Source: Ginglymostoma cirratum
Taxonomy: Eukaryota
DNA: 64,000 bases
Assembly (NCBI GenBank): GCA_024137785.1
Contig: JAHRHZ010000223.1
Coordinates: forward strand, 27,621,919 to 27,685,918
Direction: 5' to 3'
Positions within the stretch are counted from its first letter, which is position 1. Every line of letters begins with the position of its first letter. Under the pieces are notes generated by a model that had not been told where the DNA came from, did not search any database, and saw only the letters and a program-made list of their open reading frames with translations. Position numbers and translations under genes: made by a program. Positions 13,340-26,667 of the stretch are shown here, one piece after another.

Positions 13340-13780
13340 GATATCCAGCAACAATGAGTCAGAATAAAGAAAGGAGACAAAGGGCTTCGTGACATAGTGC
13401 AATGAGAACAACCTCCCCCTCAACATGGGCAAAACTAAAGAACTGATCGTTGGCTTCAGAAAGAAAGGAGGTGAACACACCCCCATCTACATCAACAAAG
13501 CTGAGGCTGACAGACTGCAGAGCATCAAGTTCCTAGGAGTGACGACAACCAACAACCTGTCCTAGATTTCCCACATAGATGCGACAATCACAAAGGCACA
13601 AGAACACCTCTTCTTCCTCAGGTGGCTCAGGAAATTTGGCATGTCCATAAGGTCCCTCACCAACTTCTATAGATGCACCATTGAAAGCATACTGTCTGGG
13701 TGCATAAAGGCCTGGTATGGCAACTGCTCTGCCCAGGACTGTACTTAGGTACGCATGACAATAAATAAATCAAATCAAAT
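13340..13780 (+). mobile_element. Rex1/Babar-type LINE 3' fragment
   Basis: Reads C.ENNLPLNMGKTKELIVGFRK...HTPIYIN...SIKFLGV...FYRCTIESILSGCI.AWYGNC, with tail catgacaataaataaatcaaatcaaat. Confidence 0.8.
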
Positions 13781-15979
13781 ATTTTAAGCTCAAAGACTCT
13801 GTACAGGCTTTTGAATGGTCATTTTATGGTTTTTAAGAGAACTGTTCCAGTACAGCATCCTCTATAGACATATATACGTTGGAAAACAATTGCATGGCTC
13901 TTCAACCCCATTGAAGAACTTTATATAACACAGACTCTGAACCAAGAACATAATTTAGCACACTGTATTCACTCAAGTGTAAAATCATATACTGAAAGTA
14001 GCAGAAAGGAAGATAAAGATAGAGGGAGACAGAGCAAATGAAAGAGATGACAGCAGAAAGAAAACTAGTTATATTCGGGAGGTGAGAGTTCGTGCTTTGA
14101 TAATTAAATAATCAGATTTTTCATCAACAGCATTATTTGGCAGTAATTGAGATATCACTCCACTAAAAATCTTACCTACCCTTGATAGAATAAACACCAG
14201 CATTTTCTAGTGTGTTCGATGGGTGTTGTACAAGGAGGGCAATTTCAAGGTCAAACGTGGCTTTCAACGTGCAGTCTGATATTGAATTACCAACGTTGTG
14301 GGAAAATTGGACATAACATAGGCATTTGACCACACACATAAACTTGGGAAGTTTCTGCACAACTTATTCTATAATTGCACATCAGGCACTGACAACGCCA
14401 TACTTAATGTGAATGTCAAGTACAGGTTTTCTTTGTGTTTCGCCACTCCTAGAAAGGGCAGGGGTCTTGATGCTGTGGATGCCCTTGTCAGTATAAGCAA
14501 CACTCAATAAGTTTCTTATAATATTCTCAACTTTCTTTCTAAATGATCACACATTGTAAGCCTGAAGGATACACTCAATCTTGGAATTGGGCTGAACCAG
14601 TGCCTACAAACTGGGAAAACTACGGGAACAATCTGCAAAGACAAAGACAAAGTTTCAGAGCATCAGAATGTGCAGTAAACAGACTTCAGGAGAGGGAGGT
14701 TATGTTATAGTGATAATGATATTGAATCCTAATAATCCAGAAGTCCAGGCTGATGCCCCGGGGACAAAGATTCATATCTCATCACGGACGTTGGTGGAAT
14801 TTGAATTCAATAATGGTTTGAAAATTCTGCAATTAAAAGCTAATTTTAGTACTGATGACCAAGTGGAAACCCATGGAGGCCAGCAAGGACAAAGGTAAAT
14901 GAAAATGGGTCATAGAATAGGACAGGATATGTGCAACAGTTATTAATCAGCACATTTAAAGATGCGCGCAAGGAAACAGGTCAAGGAAACGTTGGAACAA
15001 TCAGGTCTGGAGATGGAGGCATGAATGAGAGAATGAGTTCATGTAGACCAAGAGGTATGGTACCAGAGGTCAAGTAGACACTCTTCATCTTGAAAAAGTA
15101 TGAAGAAAGTGCAATTTCATAGTCCTATTCAATCTTAAGGTAAGATTATCTGTATCCCCGACATCATAAAGACTACCTTCCTCCATCTTTAAATCCACAA
15201 CTGCGCCACTAACTCACACTTCCCTCCAGCTTATTCCACTTACTGAGTGGTCTCAGACTACTTGTTCAAGTTCCAGGCTTGGATGAGATGCAACTTCCTT
15301 AAGCTAAAAACTGAAAAGACCAAAGCTACTCACTTCACCCCAAGACTTAGAAAGCCAGCATTCATGTAGTACTGATCCACATATATGTGGATGTTGCTGT
15401 AAATGGACAGCGCATTCAGGAAAGGGGATACTTGAAATAACTTCTGACATTGTGGTGCTCTGTTGGGAAGTTGAAACATTGGTAGATAAATGCTGGCTTT
15501 GATCTATTAGGTGAGAATACAAGAAAATACAGACAGTTCTGCAACCTGGATAACAAAGGGAAGAAGGTGTAACTAACCAGATCAAAGACTGCAGGAAGGT
15601 TACAAAATGCAAGGAGGGTGAGCACAATGTCAGACAACATGACCTAGGATTTGTAAGGGCTATAATGGTGTTGGGCTATGTTTAGTTGGTTCTACCTTTG
15701 ATTAATCCTTTTGAGGTGAATAATGATAGGCTGGTATAACTTATTTTGCACAAAAGCAAGCACAGGAGCTGTTTGATATACGAAATAAAAACAGAAAATA
15801 CTCAAAATATTTAGCTGGACAAGCAGCATTTATGGAGATAGTTAACATATCGGGTACAGACCTTGCTTGGTTCTGAGTGCTTTTTACTTATGGCTCATGA
15901 TGTCATGGTTGGAAATTTAACCATGAAATTTCATGTATGATTATGAACTACAGTACAACTTATTGAAGCAAGGAGGCTT

Positions 15980-16135
15980 GGAACTTACAGCACCCTTCAT
16001 GACCGTAAAGTCTCAAAGCACATTACAGCCAAAAGAATGCTTTTTGAAATGCAGCCACTGTCATGTAGAAAACAAGGCAGCTGATCAGTGCTCAGCAAAT
16101 CAACAATAAGCATCATCACTAAAACAGCACATCTC
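15980..16135 (-). mobile_element. DeuSINE (SacSINE1/AmnSINE-like) 3' part
   Basis: The reverse complement resembles the Deu-domain/tail (...cagtggctgcatttcaaaaagcattcttttggctgtaatgtgctttgagac...gaagggtgctgtaag). Confidence 0.55.
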
Positions 16136-16202
16136 ATTAAGTGGTCTTATGGGGCCAGAGGGTGAGTGAGTTTCTGACAGGCCAACCTTCCTCCAGTCCT
16201 GC

Positions 16203-16393
16203 ACAGTGTGGAGCTGGAGGAGCACAGCAGGCCAGGCAGCATCAGAGGAGCAGGAAAGTTGATGTTTCGGGGCCATTTCTGAAGAAGTGTCCCGACCCAA
16301 AATGTCAGCTTTCCTGCTCCTCTGATGCTGCCTGTGCTCCTCCAGCTCCACACTGTTATCTCTGACTCCAGCATCGGCAGTTCTTACTATCTC
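16203..16393. mobile_element. Head-to-head palindromic family A element
   Basis: Minus arm 16203-16275 and plus arm 16276-16393. Both arms share the variant ggagctggaggagcac / gtgctcctccagctcc. Confidence 0.75.
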
Positions 16394-18261
16394 TGGCCTT
16401 ATTTTCATGCTCACTTCCCGTATGGGCCTGTACATGGATAAATCCAAGTTCATTTTAATTCAGCATTAAAACTAATTCACTTTAAATTGTCACAAACTTT
16501 CAAAACAGAGAAAACAGGCATTAGTCATTTAAACACAAATAGAAGCAATGTTTTGAAGCATCATCATGTTGGACTCAAAACGTTAACTTTGTTACTCTCT
16601 CCACAGATACTGCCAGGCCTGCTCAGCTTCTCCAGCATATTGTGAATTAATAAAAATAATGTTAAATGGAATTCAGAATTAGATGTTTAAGATGAGTGAG
16701 AAGTGAGAATAACCAGTGTGGAAGCAATTTTATCTTACAAAATGAATAAAAGGAACGCAAATTCATATTTTGTGAACATTATCAATACATTCATAGGGAA
16801 CTGTTAGTGATCTTGCTTTAATAGATTTTCCTTCATATCGATGTCAATGCTGTACAAATTGTACTTCTACTTCAATAAAATCAAACAGAACATGTCCTGG
16901 AGTCCAGCCTCACTGCCTGAAATGTTCACAGGACAGGACTGGTTTACTCTGTGCTGGTATGAGAATACATTGTACAGCCCGGGGATCTTAAAACATACAA
17001 TATTATAAAAGTCCAAAGCAGCTTTAAAAAGGAAACTATCCTAAAGAATTGTGCTAGAACTGGTAGATATTGTTTGCAAATAATGGGTGCCCCATTTAAG
17101 ATGTCAAGACTTCTTTTCCCCTGAGTTTTGAGTGTCATTGGAATTCTCTTCATAAAAAGCAGTGGAGGAAGGGCACTGAATTTTAAGGCAAAGGTGGATG
17201 GGGATTCTTAGCTAACAAGGGAGCAGGAGGAAAAGTGTGGAGTTGGGCCCATGATCTGATCAGACACGATTGCGACAAATGGTGGGAGCATTCTCAAGGG
17301 GCCAAATAGGGTACATCTGCTCCTACTATCTTATGTTTACATGCATGAAATACAATGACTAAAACTGATCTTGAGCCAAAGCGGAAGTTGACAGCATTTA
17401 ACAGTATGGCAAAGCAGGCAGGTTGAAACAGCATGAACTGAGAAAATGATAACCTGCTCGAGGAATTGGAAGTGAGAGTGGCTGGAAAGGATTACTAATT
17501 TTCAAGAACACAACAGGTTGAAAGTGGGCTTTTTGGATAAAGGGCAAGATGAAAGTGAAGGGGACAGCGTGTTATTTAGTCTGCACAGTGGACTGGAAGG
17601 TAAGCTGTGGTATCTTTAGTTTAGTGGGAAAGAGAGTCAACAGAATAGGGGCTCAAGGACAGGATGCACTCAAGAGAGGGATGAAAGGAAAATAGGGGTG
17701 AAACTACGGGAGGATGCAGGTTCAGCGCAATGGTGGGGGAACAATTGGACCATGAGATTTAGGAGCAGAATTAGGCTATTCAGCCCATTGAGTCTGCTCC
17801 ACCATTCAATGATGTTTCACAACCCCATTCTCTTGCTTCTACCAATAACCTTTAACCCCTTTTCTAATCAAGAACCTATTTATATCGGCCTTAAATATAC
17901 TCACAGCCTTCAATGACAATAAATTCCACAGATTCAACAACCTCTGGTGAAAAAAAATTCCTCCTTATCTCAATTCTAAAAGGTCCTGATCTAGCAATGC
18001 CTCAATTTTAAAAAGAAAACTTTCATCCTCATTCTTTAAATCACTCCACTGCCTTATATGCATTCCCATATATGCAGCCTCCTTCAGTCCTAGAACTCTG
18101 GAGCATTCTGCAATCCTTCAGTTGCGGCACCTTGTGCAATCCCAATTTCCTCAGCCCCTCCACTAACGGCTGCACCTTCAGTGGTCAAGATCTCAATGCT
18201 GTGGATTTTTCTCCAAAAACTTCTCCACCTCTTGCTTTCTCTCTGGGATCATACAATCCCT

Positions 18262-18572
18262 AGAATCACAGATTCCCTACAGTGCGGAAGCAGGCCTTTT
18301 GGCCCATCAAGTCCACACTGACCCTCCAAAAGGGCATCCCACTCAAACTCACCCCCCCTCACCCTATCCTTACAACGCCCATAGTCCCTATGGCCAATCC
18401 ACCTAGCCTGCATATCTTTGCACTGTGGGAGGAAACCAGGGCACCCAGCGGAAACCCACACAGACACGGGAAGTATGTGCAAACTCCACACACATAGTTA
18501 CCCAAAGCTGGAAGCAAACCCGGGTCCCTGGTGCTTTGTGGATGCAGTGCTAAACACTGAGCCACTGTGCAG
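18262..18572 (-). mobile_element. HE1-type V-SINE nested in an L2 3' end
   Basis: The minus strand begins gcacagtggctcagtgtttagcactgc (tRNA-like head), has a V-domain (gtgtgggtttccgctgggtgccctggtttcctcccacagtgcaaagat) and a HER1-like tail. Confidence 0.85.
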
Positions 18573-19034
18573 CCCCAAAAGTGCAGCCATCACTCCACAC
18601 AGCACTGGAGGAGCAGCTTGGATTTTATTGTGCCCAGGTCCCCGGGACAGGACTTGTACACAGAACCTTCTGATTCAGAGGCAAAACCACTAGCAACTGG
18701 GTCACAACTCTCTCCTCCTTTAAGATGGTCTTGAAAATCCACTTCCTTGATCCGGCTTTTGGACACCTATCTTAATAACTCATGCAGGTCAAAGTCAAAA
18801 TGTGTCTGAACTTGGGACATCTACTGTATAAACTATATAAATGCAAGTCATTCTTGCAGTTATGCACTTGTCCCAGATTTTGTAGCTGTTCTCCATTTAT
18901 AGAAGAATTAAAAAGATCAAGCCCACTGATAAATTCTCAAAGGTCTCACAAATAAATATTTCAGTTTATTTGGTAACCCAGAACTGGAGTGTTACTGTAA
19001 GAAAAACTTGGTTAAAGATGTTTTCTACATGTAA

Positions 19035-19925
19035 ACTCTTTCACAAGGTCCCTCACAGCGGACTGGTACAAAGGGTGAATTAGGGGTGACCTAGCAAGAT
19101 GGATAAAGAACTGGATAAGTCATCGGAGACAGAGCATAGTGGTGGAAGGATGTTTTTCGGAATGAAGAATTGTGACTTAGTGGTGTTCCACAGGGAACAG
19201 TGCTGGGACCTCTGCTATTCATGGACCACAATAATTAATTTGGAAGAAAGCGTGGCTGGTCTAATTAGTGAGTTTGCAGGTGATACAAAAATTGGAGGAC
19301 TGTCAGAGGATACAGCAGGATATAGATCAGTTGGAGGCATGGGCAGAAAAATAGCAGATGGAGTTTAATCCGGGAAAATGCGATGTGATGCATTTTGGAA
19401 GGTTAAGTACAGATGGAAAATATACAGTAAATTGTAGAACCCTTAGGAGTAATGATATGCAGAGAGATCTGGATGTGCAAATTCATGGATCACTGAAGGT
19501 GGCAGTGCAAGGAGACAAAGTAGTAGAAAAGGCCGACAGCATGCTTGCCTTCATTGGAAGGGGTACTGAGTACAAGGATGGGCAAGTTATACTACAGCTT
19601 TCTAGAACTTTAGTTAGGCCACACTTAGAATATTGCATGTAGTTCAGGTCACCAGAAGGAAGTGGATGCTTTGGAGAGGGTACAGAAAAGGATTACCAGG
19701 ATGTTGCCTGGTATGGCGGATTTTAACCATGAAAGAAAGATAGATTGTTTTCAATGGAGCGCAGGAGGTTGAGGGGCGACCTGATAGAAGTTTATAAGAT
19801 TTTGAATGGCAATGTAAGTGAATAGAGTTTTAATGTGGAAGGGCAAACTGTGTCGGCACAGGCTTGGGGGTGGGGGGGGTGGGCGAACGGTCTGTTCCTG
19901 TGCTGTATTGTTTCTTGTTCTTTGT
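19035..19925 (+). mobile_element. CR1/HER1 LINE RT fragment
   Basis: ISEFAGDTKIGG; MEFNPGKCDVMHFGR...RTLVRPHLEYC. Confidence 0.9.
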
Positions 19926-20129
19926 TTGTTCTTTTCAGTCAGTCATCATCTATCTGGTGCTTTCTCCATGGCAACGCCTTTACCAATCAATCAGCACTCT
20001 CTTCTCATACAGTATTTTAAAAAGTCATTCTCTTTTATATTTGTATCCTTGTGAATGTCCCGAATGCAAAGATTTTCACTAATTTAAAAAAGAATCATAG
20101 GATTAGCTTACTCAGATTTGACAATGACA

Positions 20130-20520
20130 TTGGTGCACCAGCGGCTGAAGACAAGGTGGGTCCAGGCCCGGCATTCAAACAGGTTGGGTCGGGTCCTTGA
20201 GTCCACAGCTATGAAATGGACTAGGTGGACATTGTCTTAAACTCTTCTCATTATTTTATATTATTGTTGAAGGACTGTTATTTTGAAGTCTTTATTTCTC
20301 TATTTCTACATTTTTCTAATTTATTACTATTATATTGTGTACTTTTGAAGGTTTGTAATGCTGGGCTTTTTTTATTTTCGTTTTCTCTAATTTTGTTTTC
20401 CCTGAGAATTTGTACCAGGGTACCTTTGTACCTAAGATGGCACATAAGTAGCAACTTGTAAACTTTTTACTGTACTCATGTGAGCACATGTAAGAATAAA
20501 ACTATTTCAGTTCAATTCAG
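20130..20520 (+). mobile_element. Non-coding interspersed repeat with Rex1-like 3' tail
   Basis: Homologous to 25040-25490 (gaaggactgttatt...gtaccagggtacctttgtacctaagatgg...actgtactc...catgt..aataaa...ttcaattc). Confidence 0.6.
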
Positions 20521-22599
20521 TGTATGATACAAATAATAATACAACTTAATAATGGTAACCACCGTATTAGTGGCATCTACAAAAATGGAAGTTAATTGGC
20601 ACATTAAATTAAAACTCAACACTTAGATCAAAACTTTATCAATGATCTGCAGTTCACTGCATCCAGATCAAGGCCATTCACCCCATTTTAATTAGATACC
20701 CAAAAGAAGCCAACTTAAACTGAAAGAACAATTTTTCAAAATTTTATTTACTGTGCTGTTTTGTTAAATCTAAATTGTTTCCAGTTCCAGAAGCTAGTCA
20801 GTTACAATGCCAATGCCATTGTTAATAAACCCTTTAATTTGTACAATATGTAGTTACTAAATCTCTTCTCCTGCTGCACGTTTTGGTCTATCTTTTTAGA
20901 ATTCTAACTGAACAACAAAAATAACTTTTAAGTGGTTAGGAGAAAGGAATGCAATAAAACAGCAATATGTTCTTGATTTCCAATTCATTCATCCTACTGC
21001 AATTACATTTACACAATGCTTCTGCCAAAAAGGTAGTCAGTTCATTGTTGTATTGGTACAGTATACCACATTGTAAAAGTCACTTATTTCATTTGGTTCA
21101 ACTTCACCAGGAAGAGTAATCACTTGGAATAATATTAGCATCAATACATGTTTCTCTTCCTGTGTAGGCAGGAAAGTCTAGGGCACTTAACTTCATTGCT
21201 GTCATAGATCAACTAACTAATGCTCCACATCCAATCATGAGAAGAGTCCCTGCCAAATTCAATCCAATCAGTTCAAGTGCAAAAACAGTCTCTGAAATGA
21301 GAGGTGAACTCTTATTCCATTCACAATTTTGAAAGGAAAAATAAATGAAAACATTTAGTTTTGTAGTTTAAATACTGAATCTACTCAAATATAATTTTCC
21401 AAGAAGCTGGCAAGTTAACTTGATCTTCAAAGGATTCAGAACATTTTTTGCATATTAAATTTATTTTAATAATTTGTTGCCTTTTGCCCGACAGTGACTG
21501 TAGGCATATATATTTACAGCAAGAGAACAAAACAGCTGGTAATCTGTACATAACACACAACAATATCTATGAATAAGGAGGCTCCAAGCAAGAGAAGGTA
21601 ATTTTTCTAATTCAGTTAATTTCAGCTCGACTGCAATTAAAATAATGCCTGATAATATTCTGAAACAATTGGTGCCTGATAAAGAGCCATCCCATGTATA
21701 TGAAATAGCAATAGGCTCATCTCTCCTTGCACAGCTTCACAGCTCCATGTTTCCCAGATAAAATTAAGCCAGCACTTAAGACTGATTTGACTAGTGGCAT
21801 CATTTCTGCGGATTGCTGGAAGCCTCGCTTGGTTATCAAGTCGAACAGGCACAGCCAAGCAGTCAGATCTTTCTATTCTTCATTAAGCAAATACGCAGGA
21901 ATGAAAATGAAAACATAATAGCTATTTGATTTCCATCAAGATATTTTGCATATTGGTTCAGGACTGATAGCGGAATTTCATCAACTCTTTTCATGCTTTA
22001 AAAAAATTGCATCACTGAGCTGAGGCATCCGCTGATTTCTTTACAACACAAGATGGAGCTTTTTAAGCAAAGAGGACAACTTAATGATAAAATGTCCCTC
22101 TTATAATACTTCCCAAAAACTCATAATTTAAGGTCAATGTAATCACAGTTCAACATTTCTAAACGAATATTCGAAAAAAACGTACACATGGCCAAACGGA
22201 AAATTCTCTCTCAAAACTAGATTGTTAATGCACAGTAATAATAACTGTTTCTGGACAAAAACTGTCACCCTCAATCACCCGCAAAAGAATTAAGAATTCA
22301 GCAACATAAAAACTTGCAAAAGGTTTTTAAGAAAATAGAAACGTTTGCTCAATTTGGTAACATGGCTGTAATAGTAACATAATTTGTTAATAGCAGTTGA
22401 TTTGTTAAGTAATTTAAGTTGATACATCAATAAAAGAAAACTAAAAAGGACTGCAGACTGTGAGATATGACCACATCGCTGATACTGAAAGCAGAAATTT
22501 TCAGAGATTCAGGAAAACAGAGCAGTGGGACAAACTGGATTGCTCTTTCGAAGTGTTAGCACAGACCTAGAAGGCTGAATGGTCTTATTCTGTGCGAGA

Positions 22600-22697
22600 G
22601 AGATAACAAGGTGTAGAGCTGGATGAACACAGCAGGCCAAGCAGCATCAGAGGAGCAGGAAAGCCGACATTTCAGGTCTAGACCCTTCTTCAGAAAA
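22600..22697 (-). mobile_element. Short Penelope-derived element, family A (sense to ZFPM1 pre-mRNA)
   Basis: Minus strand ttttctgaagaagggtctagacctgaaatgtcggctttcctgctcc... Confidence 0.75.
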
Positions 22698-23419
22698 TGA
22701 GCGACATGTCTGTGGTTACAGTTCTAAACTTGCCTTATCCCAGTTCAGGGCGAACTATGTTCCCTTGTCATCACGGTTAAAATTGAAGCATTTATTCAGA
22801 TTTACTTATGCTATTCCACGTATGTAATTTGACATCATTAGAAGTCCATTTTCACAAAGTTCGTTTCAGAAGTGTTTCTCATCTGTCCTCATAGTTCACG
22901 CCCTCCAGCAACATGCAATTGCTCACAGACATTTCCGACGTGATCTACAGGGCTTTTAAGATAAAACAGAAATACCAGCGACTGGAATTGAATGCAGTAC
23001 TTCTTAAGCAGGGGACCCAATGCTGCCACACTTGCACACTACCAAAATGGCAATACTGCTTATAACTTTACTGGCTTCATTGGTTACGGATTTTTCAGTT
23101 CAGCTCTGTTCATTGAAGAATTCTTGATCGAGCATTTATTCCAAGTATACCAAATGATAATACGTGACCATATGGAATTTCAGCTGCCATGGTTCTAAAC
23201 AATTGTTTAGCTCCTATAGTTCTATGGATACAGAATCAGTTTTGACTGCATGTTTGCTTTCAATGTTCATTTGAATTTTGAGAAAATTAATTTTCACTTC
23301 CGAATCCAAATTGTTTGAGTATTTTAAAAGAAGGAATTCTAGAATCAAGTCAGGGTATACCCAACTTAAATCAATCACTCAGCACTTACCACCACCCAAA
23401 CGAGGGTGGTGGTTAGCCA

Positions 23420-23453
23420 GAAATAGTAGGAACTGCAGATGCTGGAGAATCTT
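23420..23453 (-). mobile_element. 34-bp family A end fragment with 7-bp TSD
   Basis: atagtaggaactgcagatgctggagaatc lies between ttagcca (23413-23419) and ttagcca (23454-23460). Confidence 0.65.
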
Positions 23454-25039
23454 TTAGCCATTTGCATTTGGAGGCCTCAGCATAAACAGCTATTGGTTTG
23501 AACTTGTGTAACAGCACTTCAGCAAAACTCTATGGCTCAGATTTTCTGACATTTTTTCGAAGTGTAAGGGCAAGCATGCTAGTTAATGACACACCCACCG
23601 AAAAGATAACTCGACCTATTGCATGCCTATCAGCTCATTAAGAGCCCAATGGGTGAAACACTCTCCTGCACTTTGCTGGGTCATCAGTCCTAAGGGCTTC
23701 TGGTCAAAAAGATCCATTGGTGGGAAGTACTTTTCTTCTTGTGGGGTGGAGATCGAGGGGAAGAGGCATCGGAGGGGGCCTTAATTGCCAGTGAGCGGAT
23801 AAAGTTATTACTGAGCAATACCTTATTGTTGACCATTTAACTGAAGAGGTGGCAGGGTTCTCATCAGGGCAAACCTGCCCAATTTTTCTGTGTACATATC
23901 CTATTGCCAACTTGGAAATAATAACCCTTCAAGGTAAGCTAAGAGTCTGATCAGGAACAATCACCCCCTTTAGAAACAAAGCTATTGGCTAAATACTGGA
24001 TTCATGTCCATTTCGCAATTGTAGATTTATCCTGGTTCACAATTCGATGAGAAGTACAACTCATGCATGTTGTTTAATTTAGTTATAGACATCTTTCTTT
24101 CTCTCCTTGCACTTCCCTTTATGATAGGGGCTCTCAGACAGCCCCCGAGTCATTCAAAATATGGTCTTCCTTATCTGCAAGACTGCATGAAGAGACATAA
24201 GGAGTAAATACAAAATATTGGACTTCTAATCTTTCGATCTTCGAACTTAAAGTCAACAGGCCTGCTGCTTATGTGTAGAATAAACACCGAATGTATAACA
24301 CTGCATAAAATGCACTTCGTATGATGTGATTTGATTACCATTTGCTTGTTCTTTGGTGTTGCTTAAAAGACAAGTTAGGAGAAATGTTTTACATCTAACT
24401 GCCCTTAAGAACCACACAGAGTTGTTTCCTAAAATCCGCAAGCTTGAACAAAGACATTCAAAATGCTGGCATCAAGCTTCAGTTTTGATGCAGAGGAATG
24501 AAGGGTGACAGGAGACATCAGTAGCTACAGAGCTAGCTTTCTTTATAATAAAACAATTCTGTAAAGTATACTTTTAAAAAATTCAATAAAAGCAAAACAA
24601 AAAACAACTTGGCAGTACAGTATTTAATTATTGCTTAAAAGAAATATATCTTGCCATAGATTTTCATCTTGCACTCATCAGGACAAATGCAAGAATGTCA
24701 AATTTCAATTGATCATAATAGCTTAAACTACAACAGAAAGGTAAACTGAATAGTTCACAGGTCAGCTCTTATTGGCTGAGATGTTGTCATTGAAAAAACA
24801 ACAGGGAAATACAGGATCCCTAAGTTCCCATCTTTTAAGGCTTCCATGCTTTAATACTAATGCTGGAAAAGCACTGCTGTTGCAAAATTGCAGCACCATT
24901 AAACCAGGAGAAAGGAGACAAGAATGCACAATTTACATTGATTGAATTTTTGGATAAACATAATTGGACGCTTCTGTCAGAGCTCATCCGCTCTGTCCAT
25001 TATTTTTCTTTTTATACCCCGTGTTTTTCTGCTCTCTCT

Positions 25040-25490
25040 TTTCTTCTCAGTGACACTGCCAACTCCCAGCCTCTGGGCCTGGCGTGGTGATCTACTGATG
25101 GCTCGTAGTGGTCTTTTGACCCAGCGTGAACTTCTGGCCTCAAGGTGATTCCATAGCGATCTCCCAGCTTCGACTGCCTCTAGGTGAAGTCCGGTGTGGT
25201 CTGGTGTCAAGGCTCGGTGCGGACTAGAGGCTGGGTGCCAGAGTGGACTCGGCTGGAAGGACTGTTATTCCCAACTTTCTATTTCTCTATTTTCTAATTT
25301 ACTCCTAAGATCTGTATTGCTGGACTTTTTGTTTCTTTATTTTTCTAATATTTTTCCTCTAAAGAACTTGTAGTGAAGAACCTGTACCTAGGTACCTTTT
25401 ATCTCAGATGGTGCCGTAAATGGTGACTCGTAAATGTTCCACTGTACTTATCTGAGTGCATGTGACAATAAAACTGATTCAATTTAATTC
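25040..25490 (+). mobile_element. Non-coding interspersed repeat with Rex1-like 3' tail
   Basis: Homologous to 20130-20520; ends catgtgacaataaaactgattcaatttaattc. Confidence 0.6.
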
Positions 25491-26667
25491 AAGTTTTATA
25501 CTGACATTATTTTACACCAGTCTAGTGAAAATGCAGGGCCCAAGTAGAATTCACTTCGAAACTCAGTTCATTTTTCGGGTAGACAAGAGCCTGTTATCTT
25601 CTCCCTACCACCGTGTTCCTGATTCTAGGAAAGGTCATGTTTGGTTCAAATCTGTACATACTTTAACATTATTGATATGCTTTATGAGCTTATATTCTTG
25701 AATCAATTAGCTCTTTATCATCCCTAGAAGAACCAATACTACACTTTTGCTAAAGTTTAACATCATTCTTTTAAAAAGGTGAATGGATATATCTACAAAA
25801 AAAAATACCTTAACTACTAAAGTATTGCACAGGAGAGAGGTAGATCAGTAATATTAATATGCACTGGTCAAACAGAAACAAAACTTTAAAATAGCAGAGA
25901 TTAGAACACTTGACTTGACCTGTTCTGATAGCTGTCTCAGATGCACATACTTCTTTTTAAAATGGACACTGTGTACTAATAAAGAGACTGTATTTGCAGC
26001 AATTTTAAACAAAAAAACAACTGTAAGATTCATTAACAACTGTTAGATTTCATTAATGCAATTGTCATGTACATAGATGATGAAAACTTAGTCAAATCTC
26101 AATCTACAAAATCCAAGGTAAATAAATGTTTACCAAGGCAAGTTTTGTTCTCAGCTTAGTTAACTGCCCTTTGCTGTAATAAAGAACTTGTGGCCAATTG
26201 AACATACATAACAAATTTTGCGCAGTACTATTTTTCATTTAGGTTAACATAAATATTACATATCATATTACACACATCATGCTGCAGTTTATCACATTTA
26301 AATGGGACTAATGATGTACGTGATGACTTTCAAAAAGTTAGGTCGGCAATGACAGGCATTGATTTAGACCAAAGAAACTTAAAAAGATAACCATAAATCA
26401 GAGCTAACAGCAAGATAAGCATATATGTTATATTATCACTTGGTAAAACACACTCATCGGTCTTTATTTGAAAACGAATGTGGTCTCTGACCACTGCAAG
26501 TAAAAAATATGCCAACACCAAGGTCAATGAACCAGTGACACAATGCAACTTGCTATTTTCATTCTAAAATCTCAGCTTTATGAAGCACAGGAAGTATTGC
26601 AAAAGAACATTTCACTGGGGTCATGCAATAAAAGCTGTGTTCATTCCCAAGACTGATATCACCTAAG

